From: an uncultured Gemmatimonadales bacterium
Lineage (GTDB): Bacteria; Gemmatimonadota; Gemmatimonadetes; Gemmatimonadales; GWC2-71-9
Assembly (NCBI GenBank): GCA_963779755.1
Contig: CAVZZO010000003.1
Location: 256,001 to 320,000 of the forward strand
Direction: 5' to 3'
DNA length: 64,000 nucleotides
The notes under the pieces were generated by a model, which was not told where the DNA came from, searched no databases, and was given only the letters and a program-made list of their open reading frames with translations. The position numbers and the translations under genes were made by a program. Positions 1 to 8,001 of this stretch are shown here, in pieces; positions within the stretch are counted from its first letter, which is position 1; every line of letters begins with the position of its first letter.

Positions 1-813
1 CATCTGCTGGTAGGCGTGCACCGTGCCGGCCGTGTCGTTCTCCTGCCGGTACCGCTCGGCCAGCATGGTCCAGGCCCGCAGACTCTGCGGGTCGCTCTCG
101 GTGGCGTGCTTGAGCAGCGCGATCAGGCTGTCGTCGCTGACCTTCTGGCTCGCCGCCCCGCTGTCGCGCCGGGCGATATCCACCAGGCAGATCCAGGCCA
201 GCCCGCTCTGCGGATTGTCTCGAATCGCCTTCCGGGCGGACTCCTCCGCCTTCTTGGGATCCTGCCGCATGGTGTTGATGCAGTCGTGGGCATCGTCGGC
301 CGACTTGACGGCCGGCTTGAGCTCGTCCGCCACCCTCTTGCCCAGATCCTCGAGATTCTGCCCCTGCTGCTGGGCCACGTTCACCACGGTCCCCGCATCG
401 TCGCTGATACCTACCAGCCGCGCGGTCACCGTGTGCAGCCCGTCGTTGCGGGCCAGTGTGCTGGTCACCAGCATGCGGGCGGTCAGCTCGATAGCGAACC
501 GGCGCTGCACCAGCGGCTGCAGAATGGCATCGTCGGGATAGCCGTACTTCTCCAGCGCTTCGTTCATGGTCTTGCGGCTCAGCACCTGGAACTCGTTCCG
601 CGCCACATTGTCCATCCGGTCGCGCACGGCCGACCCGATCTGCACCGCGGCCGCCGAGTCGGTGGACGCGAATGCGTAGGGATTGGCCACCATGAGCCGG
701 GGCAGCGTCCGCGACCCACCCCCGATATGGGCGCCGGTAGGTATCTGCCCAGACACCGGCGCCGCGACCACGGCCGCAAACACGCCAAGGGTGACCACAC
801 GAGACATGCGCAT
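1..813 (-). CDS. Secreted TPR-like helical protein (partial, runs off left edge)
   Basis: Not in the ORF track; translated by hand from ATG 813: MRMSRVVTLGVFAAVVAAPVSGQ (signal peptide), open to position 1, with TPR-like segments (AEESARKAIRDNPQSGLAWICL; DPQSLRAWTMLAERY). Confidence 0.8.
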   Translation of the reverse strand, partial: MRMSRVVTLGVFAAVVAAPVSGQIPTGAHIGGGSRTLPRLMVANPYAFASTDSAAAVQIGSAVRDRMDNVARNEFQVLSRKTMNEALEKYGYPDDAILQPLVQRRFAIELTARMLVTSTLARNDGLHTVTARLVGISDDAGTVVNVAQQQGQNLEDLGKRVADELKPAVKSADDAHDCINTMRQDPKKAEESARKAIRDNPQSGLAWICLVDIARRDSGAASQKVSDDSLIALLKHATESDPQSLRAWTMLAERYRQENDTAGTVHAYQQM

Positions 814-881
814 TCCAGTTGACCTCCGATTCCTGTTCCGTGACGAGGCCGGCCCTGAGACCAGTCCCCGAGGCCCTGCGA

Positions 882-956
882 TGGGCGAAGAGGGATTCGA
901 ACCCCCGACTTCCTGCGTGTAAGGCAGGCGCTCTGAACCGGCTGAGCTATTCGCCC
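882..956 (-). tRNA. tRNA-Val (anticodon TAC)
   Basis: Reverse complement GGGCGAATAGCTCAGCCGGTTCAGAGCGCCTGCCTTACACGCAGGAAGTCGGGGGTTCGAATCCCTCTTCGCCCA: 7-bp acceptor stem, D arm, CCTGC/GCAGG anticodon stem with CT-TAC-AC loop, GTTCGAATC T-loop. CCA is not encoded. Confidence 0.97.
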
Positions 957-982
957 GGGTCACCAGCCCGACTGGCCCTGCG

Positions 983-1174
983 CTACAGCGCAAGCCCGAG
1001 CGGGATCAGGACACAATAGCCCACCACCAGGAGCGCTGCCGCAACCGTCGTGCCGCCTGCCTTGAGCAGGAGAAACCCGGCAATGACAACGAGCAAACCC
1101 AGCCCGAGCACGAGAAGATTCTTGCGGCCGAGCAGGGCGCTGGGTCGGGATGGGGGGGCAGAAGGTGCTGGCAT
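983..1174 (-). CDS. Small two-TM membrane protein, DUF3098-like
   Basis: 63 aa; GRKNLLVLGLGLLVVIAGFLLL...ALLVVGYCVLIP pattern; promoter-like sequence just upstream. Confidence 0.7.
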   Translation of the reverse strand: MPAPSAPPSRPSALLGRKNLLVLGLGLLVVIAGFLLLKAGGTTVAAALLVVGYCVLIPLGLAL

Positions 1175-1185
1175 ATAGACTTACA

Positions 1186-1215
1186 ACCTTAACCGCCTGT
1201 CCGCTGCCCGGTCAA
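1186..1215 (-). promoter_or_regulatory. Putative sigma70 promoter for the small membrane gene and tRNA-Val
   Basis: Minus strand TTGACC-N18-TAAGGT, 11 nt before ATG 1174. Confidence 0.55.
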
Positions 1216-1293
1216 GCGCGATTGTCGTACGGGACAGGAGTTGTCCTCTTTCTACGGCACCCAACCGGCCTCATAGCGGCCCCGACCTCCCGT

Positions 1294-2256
1294 TCAACAT
1301 CGGGAAGCGCAGACGGGCGAGCGGTGCGCATGGTCACACCTGCTCCGGTGGGGGGGATCTTCGGGCGGCAGCACCCAGCCTTCGTTGAGCGCCAGGCGCC
1401 GGGGCCGGTCGGTCCAGCGTCGATACCACCAGAGGGCCACCACCAGCAGCGCCATGACGGTCCAGAACCCGCCCGCTGCCAGCCAGATCAGCAGGTTGTA
1501 GCGGTGCTTCAGGGTCTGGAGCCACTCCTCCTGGTATTGCCCCAGGGTACGCCCGGTGGCCGCGCGCACTGCGGCGGAAAAGTCCTCCCCCTGCTCCAGC
1601 CTCCGCATGAGCGGCGCGAGATCGTCGCCCGGAATGCGCCGGGCCAGTTCCATCACGGCCGACATGGCCAGCGCATACGCGCCGTCGGCCATCGAAGCCG
1701 TGCCCCGGAGCGCGGCGTTCAGACGATCGAAATCGGGAATGCTGCGCCGCAGCACCATCAGGCTCAGCCGCAGGGCGTCAAGCCGGTCCCACTCGCCGGC
1801 GGCCATGGCGGCGTAGCCTTCATCGAACCAGAGCGGGACGCGGGTCTGCACCGCGTGGTGCAGAGCGAGATGCGCCAGCTCGTGCCGCAGGGTGCGCCCC
1901 AGATCCGCCTGATCCGACCGGAGGACAATCGTTCGGCTGCCGGGAAAGGCGAGACCGGCACCCCAGGACGGGGCCCGGCCCCGCCCCACCTGCTCGAAGG
2001 TGGCGGCATCGGGGACCAGCACCAGCCGCAGCGGCGGTGGCCGGCGCGTGCCGAGGCCGGGCCAGCGGGCCGGCTGGCCGGCCCGTTCGGCCAGCGCCAG
2101 GGCGAGCGAGAGCTGGGCCGGCCGGGCGACGACCGTCACCGGGCCGACCTGGACGATCCTGGGTTCGTCTCCGGCAGGACGCTGCGCCGGCGCGCCCGGC
2201 GTCAGCCGTGCGGGCGCGGCCAGCGCAAGCAGAATCAGGCAGGCACGGACGGTCGT
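1294..2256 (-). CDS. Peptidase MA-like zinc metalloprotease with signal peptide and C-terminal TM helix
   Basis: TLRHELAH (HExxH) and PLWFDEGYA motifs. The frame stays open upstream of the track start (2139) through a signal-like segment beginning at ACG 2256. Confidence 0.8.
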   Translation of the reverse strand, partial: TTVRACLILLALAAPARLTPGAPAQRPAGDEPRIVQVGPVTVVARPAQLSLALALAERAGQPARWPGLGTRRPPPLRLVLVPDAATFEQVGRGRAPSWGAGLAFPGSRTIVLRSDQADLGRTLRHELAHLALHHAVQTRVPLWFDEGYAAMAAGEWDRLDALRLSLMVLRRSIPDFDRLNAALRGTASMADGAYALAMSAVMELARRIPGDDLAPLMRRLEQGEDFSAAVRAATGRTLGQYQEEWLQTLKHRYNLLIWLAAGGFWTVMALLVVALWWYRRWTDRPRRLALNEGWVLPPEDPPHRSRCDHAHRSPVCASRC

Positions 2257-3110
2257 GGCGGTGCTCCTCCGGTCGCCACCAGGTCCAGCAGTTCCTTGCA
2301 GCGTTTGCCCCAGGGGTTGAAACGGTTCGCCTTGGCGCCGTCGGTCCAGGCCGCGGTGGCCTGGTCCCGTTCACCGGCAAACCAGAGCGCGCGACCCAGT
2401 TCGTACCAGGCCTCGGTGAGATTGGGGCCCAGTTCAAGCGTCTTGCGGAAGAAGACCTGGGCGTCTTCGAACATCTCGCGCTCCAGGTAGACCAGCCCGA
2501 GGTAGAAATGGGCGTAGAGCGTGGCCTTGCGGTCGTTATCCAGCCGGATGGCCTTGGAGAGATGCTCGATCGCTTCGCCGAAGATGCGCTTCTTGAGGCA
2601 GATATAGCCCACATTGATCCGGGCCAGCGAATTGGCCGGCTCGCGCATCAATACCTTGCTGAAGGTCGCGAGCGCGTCGTCGTAATCCTCGTGGAGCATC
2701 TGGGCCCAGCCCAGCAGCGACTGCGCCTGGATATCGCCGGGCGCCAGCGTGAGTGCCCGGGTGAGGGCCTGGATGGCGCCGTCATAGTCGCCCAGCGAAA
2801 TGAGGCTCCAGCCCTTCTCGATGAAGGTCGAGGCACCCAGATGGTCGGCGTGCATCATGGGCCGTGCGCCGGTGAACTTCGGCGCCTGGGCGTTTTCGGC
2901 TTCCCCCGCGGCCTGCTTGTACCGTTCCACCAGGGTGCGAATATCCTCCTTGAGGCGCGTCAGTTCGCCCAGCGTACCGTCAACTTCCTTGAACAACCCG
3001 ATGATATCGCGTTTGATCCCTTCCCGGCTCGCCTGGCTGGAGACCTGCTCCAGGGCCGACGCGATCGCGTCGTACCGCCGGCGGAGCGCGGACGCGTAGC
3101 TGTCGTTCAC
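2235..3110 (-). CDS. N-terminal coiled-coil plus TPR protein
   Basis: Helical N-terminus followed by about 5 TPR repeats (e.g. AHFYLGLVYLEREMFEDAQVFFRKTLELGP); 4-nt overlap with upstream cheW. Confidence 0.85.
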   Translation of the reverse strand: MNDSYASALRRRYDAIASALEQVSSQASREGIKRDIIGLFKEVDGTLGELTRLKEDIRTLVERYKQAAGEAENAQAPKFTGARPMMHADHLGASTFIEKGWSLISLGDYDGAIQALTRALTLAPGDIQAQSLLGWAQMLHEDYDDALATFSKVLMREPANSLARINVGYICLKKRIFGEAIEHLSKAIRLDNDRKATLYAHFYLGLVYLEREMFEDAQVFFRKTLELGPNLTEAWYELGRALWFAGERDQATAAWTDGAKANRFNPWGKRCKELLDLVATGGAPPRPSVPA

Positions 3111-3604
3111 TGGCCGGCCTCCCCGGGCGCGGCCCCCGCCACCGGCTCCAGGCCGTCGGCCAGCGCGAGGCGCTCCTCCGAGTTCAGCAGCCGGTTGGCA
3201 TGCAGCAACAACACGGTGCGCTTCCCCCGCGGCAGGATCCCCGCGATGTATTCGGCCGCGAGCCCGCGCACCATGGGCGGCGGCGCGCTGATGGCCGTGC
3301 TGTCCACCCGGGCGACTTCGACCACCCGGTCCACCGTCACCGCCACCCGATGGTCGTCCAGCTGGAGCACTACCAGCCGGGTCTCGTCGGTGTGGGGGGC
3401 CGGCATCTCCAGCCGCCGCCGGAGGTCCACCAGCGGCACCACACCCTCACCATAAGGAATGACCCCCTCGAGGAAGGCGGGAGCCCGGGGCAGCCGGGTC
3501 GGCTCCTGCCAGCGGAGGATCCGCTCCACCTGAAAGATGTCGACCCCGAACTCCTGCGGCCCTACCTCGAAGATCACGATCTGCACCTGGTCATCGGTCA
3601 GCAT
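3107..3604 (-). CDS. cheW: Chemotaxis coupling protein CheW
   Basis: QIVIFEVGPQEFGVDIFQVERI, PRAPAFLEGVI, VPLVDLRRRL, VTVDRVVEV. Confidence 0.92.
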   Translation of the reverse strand: MLTDDQVQIVIFEVGPQEFGVDIFQVERILRWQEPTRLPRAPAFLEGVIPYGEGVVPLVDLRRRLEMPAPHTDETRLVVLQLDDHRVAVTVDRVVEVARVDSTAISAPPPMVRGLAAEYIAGILPRGKRTVLLLHANRLLNSEERLALADGLEPVAGAAPGEAGQ

Positions 3605-4031
3605 GCGGGACCTCCATTGCTGTCAGGCGCGTTGCCAGCGCCGCGATATCCAGAATCGGGATCCAGGCGTCGTCCCGGCGGGTCACCGCCACCGCCCAGG
3701 GCAGCGTTTCGCCGGCCGGGACGGGCAGCAGCTCACCCTGCACCACCGCCTCGGCCTCATCGACATCCAGCAGCAGCAGGGCACTGCCCAGCCGCAGCAG
3801 GATGCCCATCGTGTCCGCCCGGGCCGGCGGCTCCGGATCCTGCAGCAGCTGCCGCAGGTCGACGACCGGCACCAGGTGACCGCGCACCGGCGCCAGGCCG
3901 CGGCATGCCGCCGCCGCGGCCGGCACGGGGTGAATGCCGGCAATGTCCTCTACGGCCACCACATGCTCCAGCGGCAGCCCCACCCGGCGCCTCCCCAGAC
4001 GCACCAGCAGGAATTCCAGCGCTCCGGTCAT
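3591..4031 (-). CDS. cheW: CheW-like protein (divergent)
   Basis: [40 protein letters not shown]. Confidence 0.85.
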   Translation of the reverse strand: MTGALEFLLVRLGRRRVGLPLEHVVAVEDIAGIHPVPAAAAACRGLAPVRGHLVPVVDLRQLLQDPEPPARADTMGILLRLGSALLLLDVDEAEAVVQGELLPVPAGETLPWAVAVTRRDDAWIPILDIAALATRLTAMEVPHADR

Positions 4032-5098
4032 GAATGATCCAGACGCTCGAGCAACTGCATGACCCGGGCCGCGATCTCGCCCAGCGGGAGAACCTGGTCG
4101 GCGCCTCCGGCCTGCCGCGCTGCGTTGGGCATGCCGTAGACCGTAGCCGTGGATCGGTCCTGCGCGATCCCGAAGCCGCCTGCGTTATGGATGGCCCGCA
4201 GGCCGGCCGCGCCGTCCCGGCCCAGGCCGGTCAGCACCACCCCGACCGCGCGCCGTCCAAACTGCTCTGCCACCGATTGGAACAGCGGGTCGGCGGCGGG
4301 CCGCACGCCCCAGATCGACGGGCCCTGCTCCAGCCGCAGCACGGGGCCATCCGGCCCGGCCGCAACCCGCAGGTGGTAGTCGCCCGGAGCCACGAAGGCG
4401 CTGTCGGCCAGGAGCGGCATACCGTCCTCCGCCTCGACCACCCGCAGGGCGCTCTGCCCCGCCAGGCGCTCGGCCAGGCCGCGGGTGAACGCGGCCGGCA
4501 TATGCTGCACGATAACCACGGCCGCTCCCCGGCCCAGGCTCAGGCAGGGCACCACCTCCGCCAGCGCGCGAGGGCCGCCGGTGGAGGCGGCGATCGCGAC
4601 ACAGGCGCTGGCCAGATCGTGACCGGCGCTCTTCCGGGGCGGTGCCTTGCGGGGCCGGGCCAGCACCGGCAGGCGCCCGATGTCCGCCACCAGGGCCGCA
4701 TCCAGCGCCGCCACCAGGGCCGGCCCCAGGCGCTCCAGTCCATCCCGGCCGGCGCGGGGGTTCTTGTCCACGATTTCCACCGCGCCGAGTTCCAGCGCAC
4801 GGATGGCCGCCTCGCTGCCGGTGCCGGCGTGGGCGCTGAAGACCACGATCGGGCGCGGGACCTCGGACATGATGTAGCCGATCGCCTCCAGGCCGTCGAC
4901 CTGGGGCATTTCCAGGTCCATGACCACGATGTCGGGCTGGTACTGGTGCACCTTGCGCAGTCCGTCGAGGCCGTTGCGGGCCGTGGCCACCACCCGAAAC
5001 CTGCCGGTACGGGCGAGCAGCTCGGTCAGGACCTGGCGCACCAGGGCGCTGTCGTCCACGACCAGCACCGAGGTGTGCTCAGAGGATTTGTTCACCAC
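4028..5098 (-). CDS. cheB: Chemotaxis response regulator / methylesterase CheB
   Basis: Receiver domain (VVDDS, MDLEMP) plus methylesterase motifs [20 protein letters not shown]. Confidence 0.96.
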   Translation of the reverse strand: MVNKSSEHTSVLVVDDSALVRQVLTELLARTGRFRVVATARNGLDGLRKVHQYQPDIVVMDLEMPQVDGLEAIGYIMSEVPRPIVVFSAHAGTGSEAAIRALELGAVEIVDKNPRAGRDGLERLGPALVAALDAALVADIGRLPVLARPRKAPPRKSAGHDLASACVAIAASTGGPRALAEVVPCLSLGRGAAVVIVQHMPAAFTRGLAERLAGQSALRVVEAEDGMPLLADSAFVAPGDYHLRVAAGPDGPVLRLEQGPSIWGVRPAADPLFQSVAEQFGRRAVGVVLTGLGRDGAAGLRAIHNAGGFGIAQDRSTATVYGMPNAARQAGGADQVLPLGEIAARVMQLLERLDHS

Positions 5099-5567
5099 GC
5101 GCCGCCGTCCGCACGACCACCTGTCCGTTGGCCACCCGGAACCAGACGGAGCGGCCGCAGTCGCCGCCGACCAGCTCCCGGATGAGCGGGATGCCGTGCC
5201 GGTGCAGTACCTCGCGGGCCGCCACCAGGTTGCGTTCGCCCATCTGGATGGTGCCGGGGGTGGAGAGATTGGTGAACAGCGACGCCCCGCCCACCAGCCG
5301 GGCGGTCACCCGGCGCGGGTTGGCGCCCGCGGCACCCATGGCCTCGAGCAGCGCCGGAACGGCGGTGTGGGGCACCCGTCCCGGGCGATCCGACCGGCGG
5401 TTGAGCGACAGACTCGGCAACATGACGTGCGCCAGCCCGCCCACCCGGGTGGCCGGATCGTGCAGGAGGATGGCGACACAGGAGCCCAGCCCCAGGGTCA
5501 CCAGCACCGTCCCCTCGGAGCCGACGGCCAGCTCGGCCACCCCGACGATCGTTTCGCAGTCGCTCAC
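5079..5567 (-). CDS. cheD: Chemoreceptor glutamine deamidase CheD
   Basis: [37 protein letters not shown] start overlaps the cheR stop (GTGA). Confidence 0.95.
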   Translation of the reverse strand: MSDCETIVGVAELAVGSEGTVLVTLGLGSCVAILLHDPATRVGGLAHVMLPSLSLNRRSDRPGRVPHTAVPALLEAMGAAGANPRRVTARLVGGASLFTNLSTPGTIQMGERNLVAAREVLHRHGIPLIRELVGGDCGRSVWFRVANGQVVVRTAARGEQIL

Positions 5568-6388
5568 CGGAGCCGCCGGTAAATGCGTTCCCGGGTGTCC
5601 ACCAGCTCCAGGTGCTCCCTCACCTCTCCCAGCACCGTCTCCACCTTGCCCAGCACCAGATATCCTCCCGGCTGCAACGACCGGAGGAACAGACCGAAGA
5701 GACGGTCCTGCATCGGCCGGTCGAAATAGATCAGAACATTGCGGCAGATGATCATGGCATAGTCGTGGTGCGGCGGCTCCTCCCGGGTGAGATCCAGCCG
5801 CCGGATGCTCACCCGGCGCCGCAGGGCCGGCAACACTTCCCGCCCCCTGTCGCGTTCGCCGGTGAAGGCCGCCAGGAGCTCCGGCGGCGTCTCGCTGAAG
5901 GCATCCTCGGGATACCAGCCGCTCCGGGCGCGATCGAGCGAGACCCGGTCGATGTCGGTGGCATCGATGGCCAGCCGGTCCAGCCACTCGGGATGCCCCG
6001 CCTCCCGGGCGGTCCGCTCCGCCAGCATGGTAAGCGAATAGGGTTCTTCTCCCGAGGCGCACCCGGCGCTCCAGATCCGCAGCGGTGTCCAGGGCCGCTG
6101 CCACAGTGCCGGCAACACTTCGGCCTCCAGCCGCTGCCACAGCTCCGGATTGCGGAAGAAGCGCGTCACGTTGATGGTCAGGGCGTCGGCCAGGCGCTGG
6201 TACTCCCCCGGCTCCGCTTCGAGGATGCGCAGGTATTCCTCGTACGAGGCGGCGTTGGTCGCCCGCATGCGCACCGCAATGCGCCGCCTCAGGCAGCGCG
6301 GCTTGTAGGCATCGGCCGCCAGGCCCGCGCCCTCGGAGATCTTCCGCGCCAGCCGCAGGAACTCCTCCTCCTCGCCTGTCGCGCTCAC
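5564..6388 (-). CDS. cheR: Chemotaxis methyltransferase CheR
   Basis: LTINVTRFFRN, RIWSAGCASGEEPYS, ATDID, ICRNVLIYFD; GTG start at 6388 overlaps the upstream stop. Confidence 0.96.
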   Translation of the reverse strand: MSATGEEEEFLRLARKISEGAGLAADAYKPRCLRRRIAVRMRATNAASYEEYLRILEAEPGEYQRLADALTINVTRFFRNPELWQRLEAEVLPALWQRPWTPLRIWSAGCASGEEPYSLTMLAERTAREAGHPEWLDRLAIDATDIDRVSLDRARSGWYPEDAFSETPPELLAAFTGERDRGREVLPALRRRVSIRRLDLTREEPPHHDYAMIICRNVLIYFDRPMQDRLFGLFLRSLQPGGYLVLGKVETVLGEVREHLELVDTRERIYRRLR

Positions 6389-8001
6389 GCCCCAACCTTG
6401 AGCGTCTCGAGATTGCTGCGAGCCAGTTGGTGCGCCGGGTTGAGTGCCGTGGCGCGGCGCCAGCACTCCCGCGCGCGATCCTGGTCGCGCCGCCGGTAGG
6501 CGATATTGCCCAGCTTGAAATAGAGATCGTCGCCCAGTTCCGGATCGAGCTTGGCGGCGCGCTCGTACGACTCCAGCGCTTCGTCGTAGCGTCCCGCACG
6601 GTAGAGCAGATCGCCCATGTTCTTGGAGGCCTGGGGCAGCGTCGGCTCTTCCTCGAAGGCGGCCCGCGCCATGACCTCGGCCGCCGCCGTATCGCCGGTG
6701 AACTCGAGCAGGGCCGCAAGATTGTTCCGCAACACTGCATTGGCGGGCCACGCGTCGACGCCCGCCTGCGCGTGCTCCACCGCCGCCTGCAGCTCGCCCG
6801 CGCCGGCCGCCGCCAGGCCCGCCGCCCAGAACCAGAGCGGCGGCGGCGGCCGCTCGCCCAGCAGCTCGCGGGCGCGCGCCAGCCGGCCGGTCGCCACCTC
6901 ATGCTCCTCCCGTTTCAGCGCGGCAATGGCCCAACTCAGCATGTAGCGCGCGTCGTCCCGGGCACGAGTCACCGCCTCGGCGTAGGCGGCCTCGGCCTCT
7001 TCGATCCGTCCCAGCTGTTCCAGCGCCACCCCCAGGTTATGCAGCGTAGGCGCGCTGGCGCCGCCCGCCTCGGAGGCCTGGCGAAACAGCTGCAGCCCTT
7101 CCTCCCAGCGCGCCTGCCGCAGCGCGATGAGCCCCAGATGGAACACGGCGCCGGGCTTGCCCGGCCGCAACTCGTGCACCCGGCGAAACTCGCGCTCGGC
7201 TTCGTCCAGCATGCCGGTCTTGTAGAAGGCGATCCCCAGGTTCTGGTGCTCCTCCACCCGGCCCTCCGCCGCGCGCGGCGGCGCGGCGACGCTGGTGCCG
7301 ACGCGGTGCACGAACCCCGCCGTGATCAGCCCGTACAGCGCCTTCCCCGCTTCGAACTCCACCAGTCCGGAATCGTCCATCAGTTGCTGCACGTCGCGAC
7401 TGCCGTCCAGCAGCGGGAGCAGCCGTTCCTGTTCCGGCGAGAGCGCCACGGAGGCGCCGTCCAGGTGTTCCTGATCGGCCGCGAAGATCATATCGAAGCT
7501 GGGGATCTTCTTCTCGATGAGGCTCCATTCATCCACCCGCCGGGCCCCTTCCAGCAGCAGCGACTCGGGGTTGATCTGAACCAGGAACTCCTCCGTCTCC
7601 GGCCGAACCCCCGCCTCGAAGTTGAAGGTGCCCGACGACCAGGTGAAGAGATAGTAGACGGCCTCTTCGATCTGGGTCCGGATATGCCGGCGCAGCTCAT
7701 CCTGATTCAGGGCTCCCATGTCGACCAGAATCCGGCCCAGCCGGCGGTGCCGGTCGGCGTGCTGCTCCTCGATGGCACGCTCCAGCTGCTCGGCCGAGAT
7801 CCGGCCCGCCTTCACCAGCATGTCGCCCAGACGGTCGCGCCGGTTGACGATCGACGCGTAGCAGATCCGCCCCTGGTCGAAGTAGATGTACCCGAAGTTG
7901 TGGCGGTCGGCCACGGCCAGGCACCCGGTCTTGCGGCCCAGCGACAGCAGTTGCAGCACGTCCGGCAGACTGGCTTCGCGGAGACTTCCCTTGATCGCCA
8001 T
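6385..8001 (-). CDS. DUF4388 / MshEN-like / TPR protein
   Basis: Starts [28 protein letters not shown] (DUF4388-type); tandem RLGxxLVxxG motifs; LLEGARRVDEW; C-terminal TPRs. TGATG overlap with the upstream gene. Confidence 0.88.
   Translation of the reverse strand: MAIKGSLREASLPDVLQLLSLGRKTGCLAVADRHNFGYIYFDQGRICYASIVNRRDRLGDMLVKAGRISAEQLERAIEEQHADRHRRLGRILVDMGALNQDELRRHIRTQIEEAVYYLFTWSSGTFNFEAGVRPETEEFLVQINPESLLLEGARRVDEWSLIEKKIPSFDMIFAADQEHLDGASVALSPEQERLLPLLDGSRDVQQLMDDSGLVEFEAGKALYGLITAGFVHRVGTSVAAPPRAAEGRVEEHQNLGIAFYKTGMLDEAEREFRRVHELRPGKPGAVFHLGLIALRQARWEEGLQLFRQASEAGGASAPTLHNLGVALEQLGRIEEAEAAYAEAVTRARDDARYMLSWAIAALKREEHEVATGRLARARELLGERPPPPLWFWAAGLAAAGAGELQAAVEHAQAGVDAWPANAVLRNNLAALLEFTGDTAAAEVMARAAFEEEPTLPQASKNMGDLLYRAGRYDEALESYERAAKLDPELGDDLYFKLGNIAYRRRDQDRARECWRRATALNPAHQLARSNLETLKVGA

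Noticed and set aside
882..956. tRNA-Val as integration site of an island containing the che locus
   Set aside because: No integrase, no duplicated tRNA 3' end seen and no compositional shift.
5079..6902. Long N-terminal extensions in the ORF track (cheD, cheR, DUF4388, PNP, folP, hpt, udk, korB, rnfD, rnfG)
   Set aside because: They overlap upstream genes in another frame; internal starts coincide with stop/start overlaps and family N-termini.
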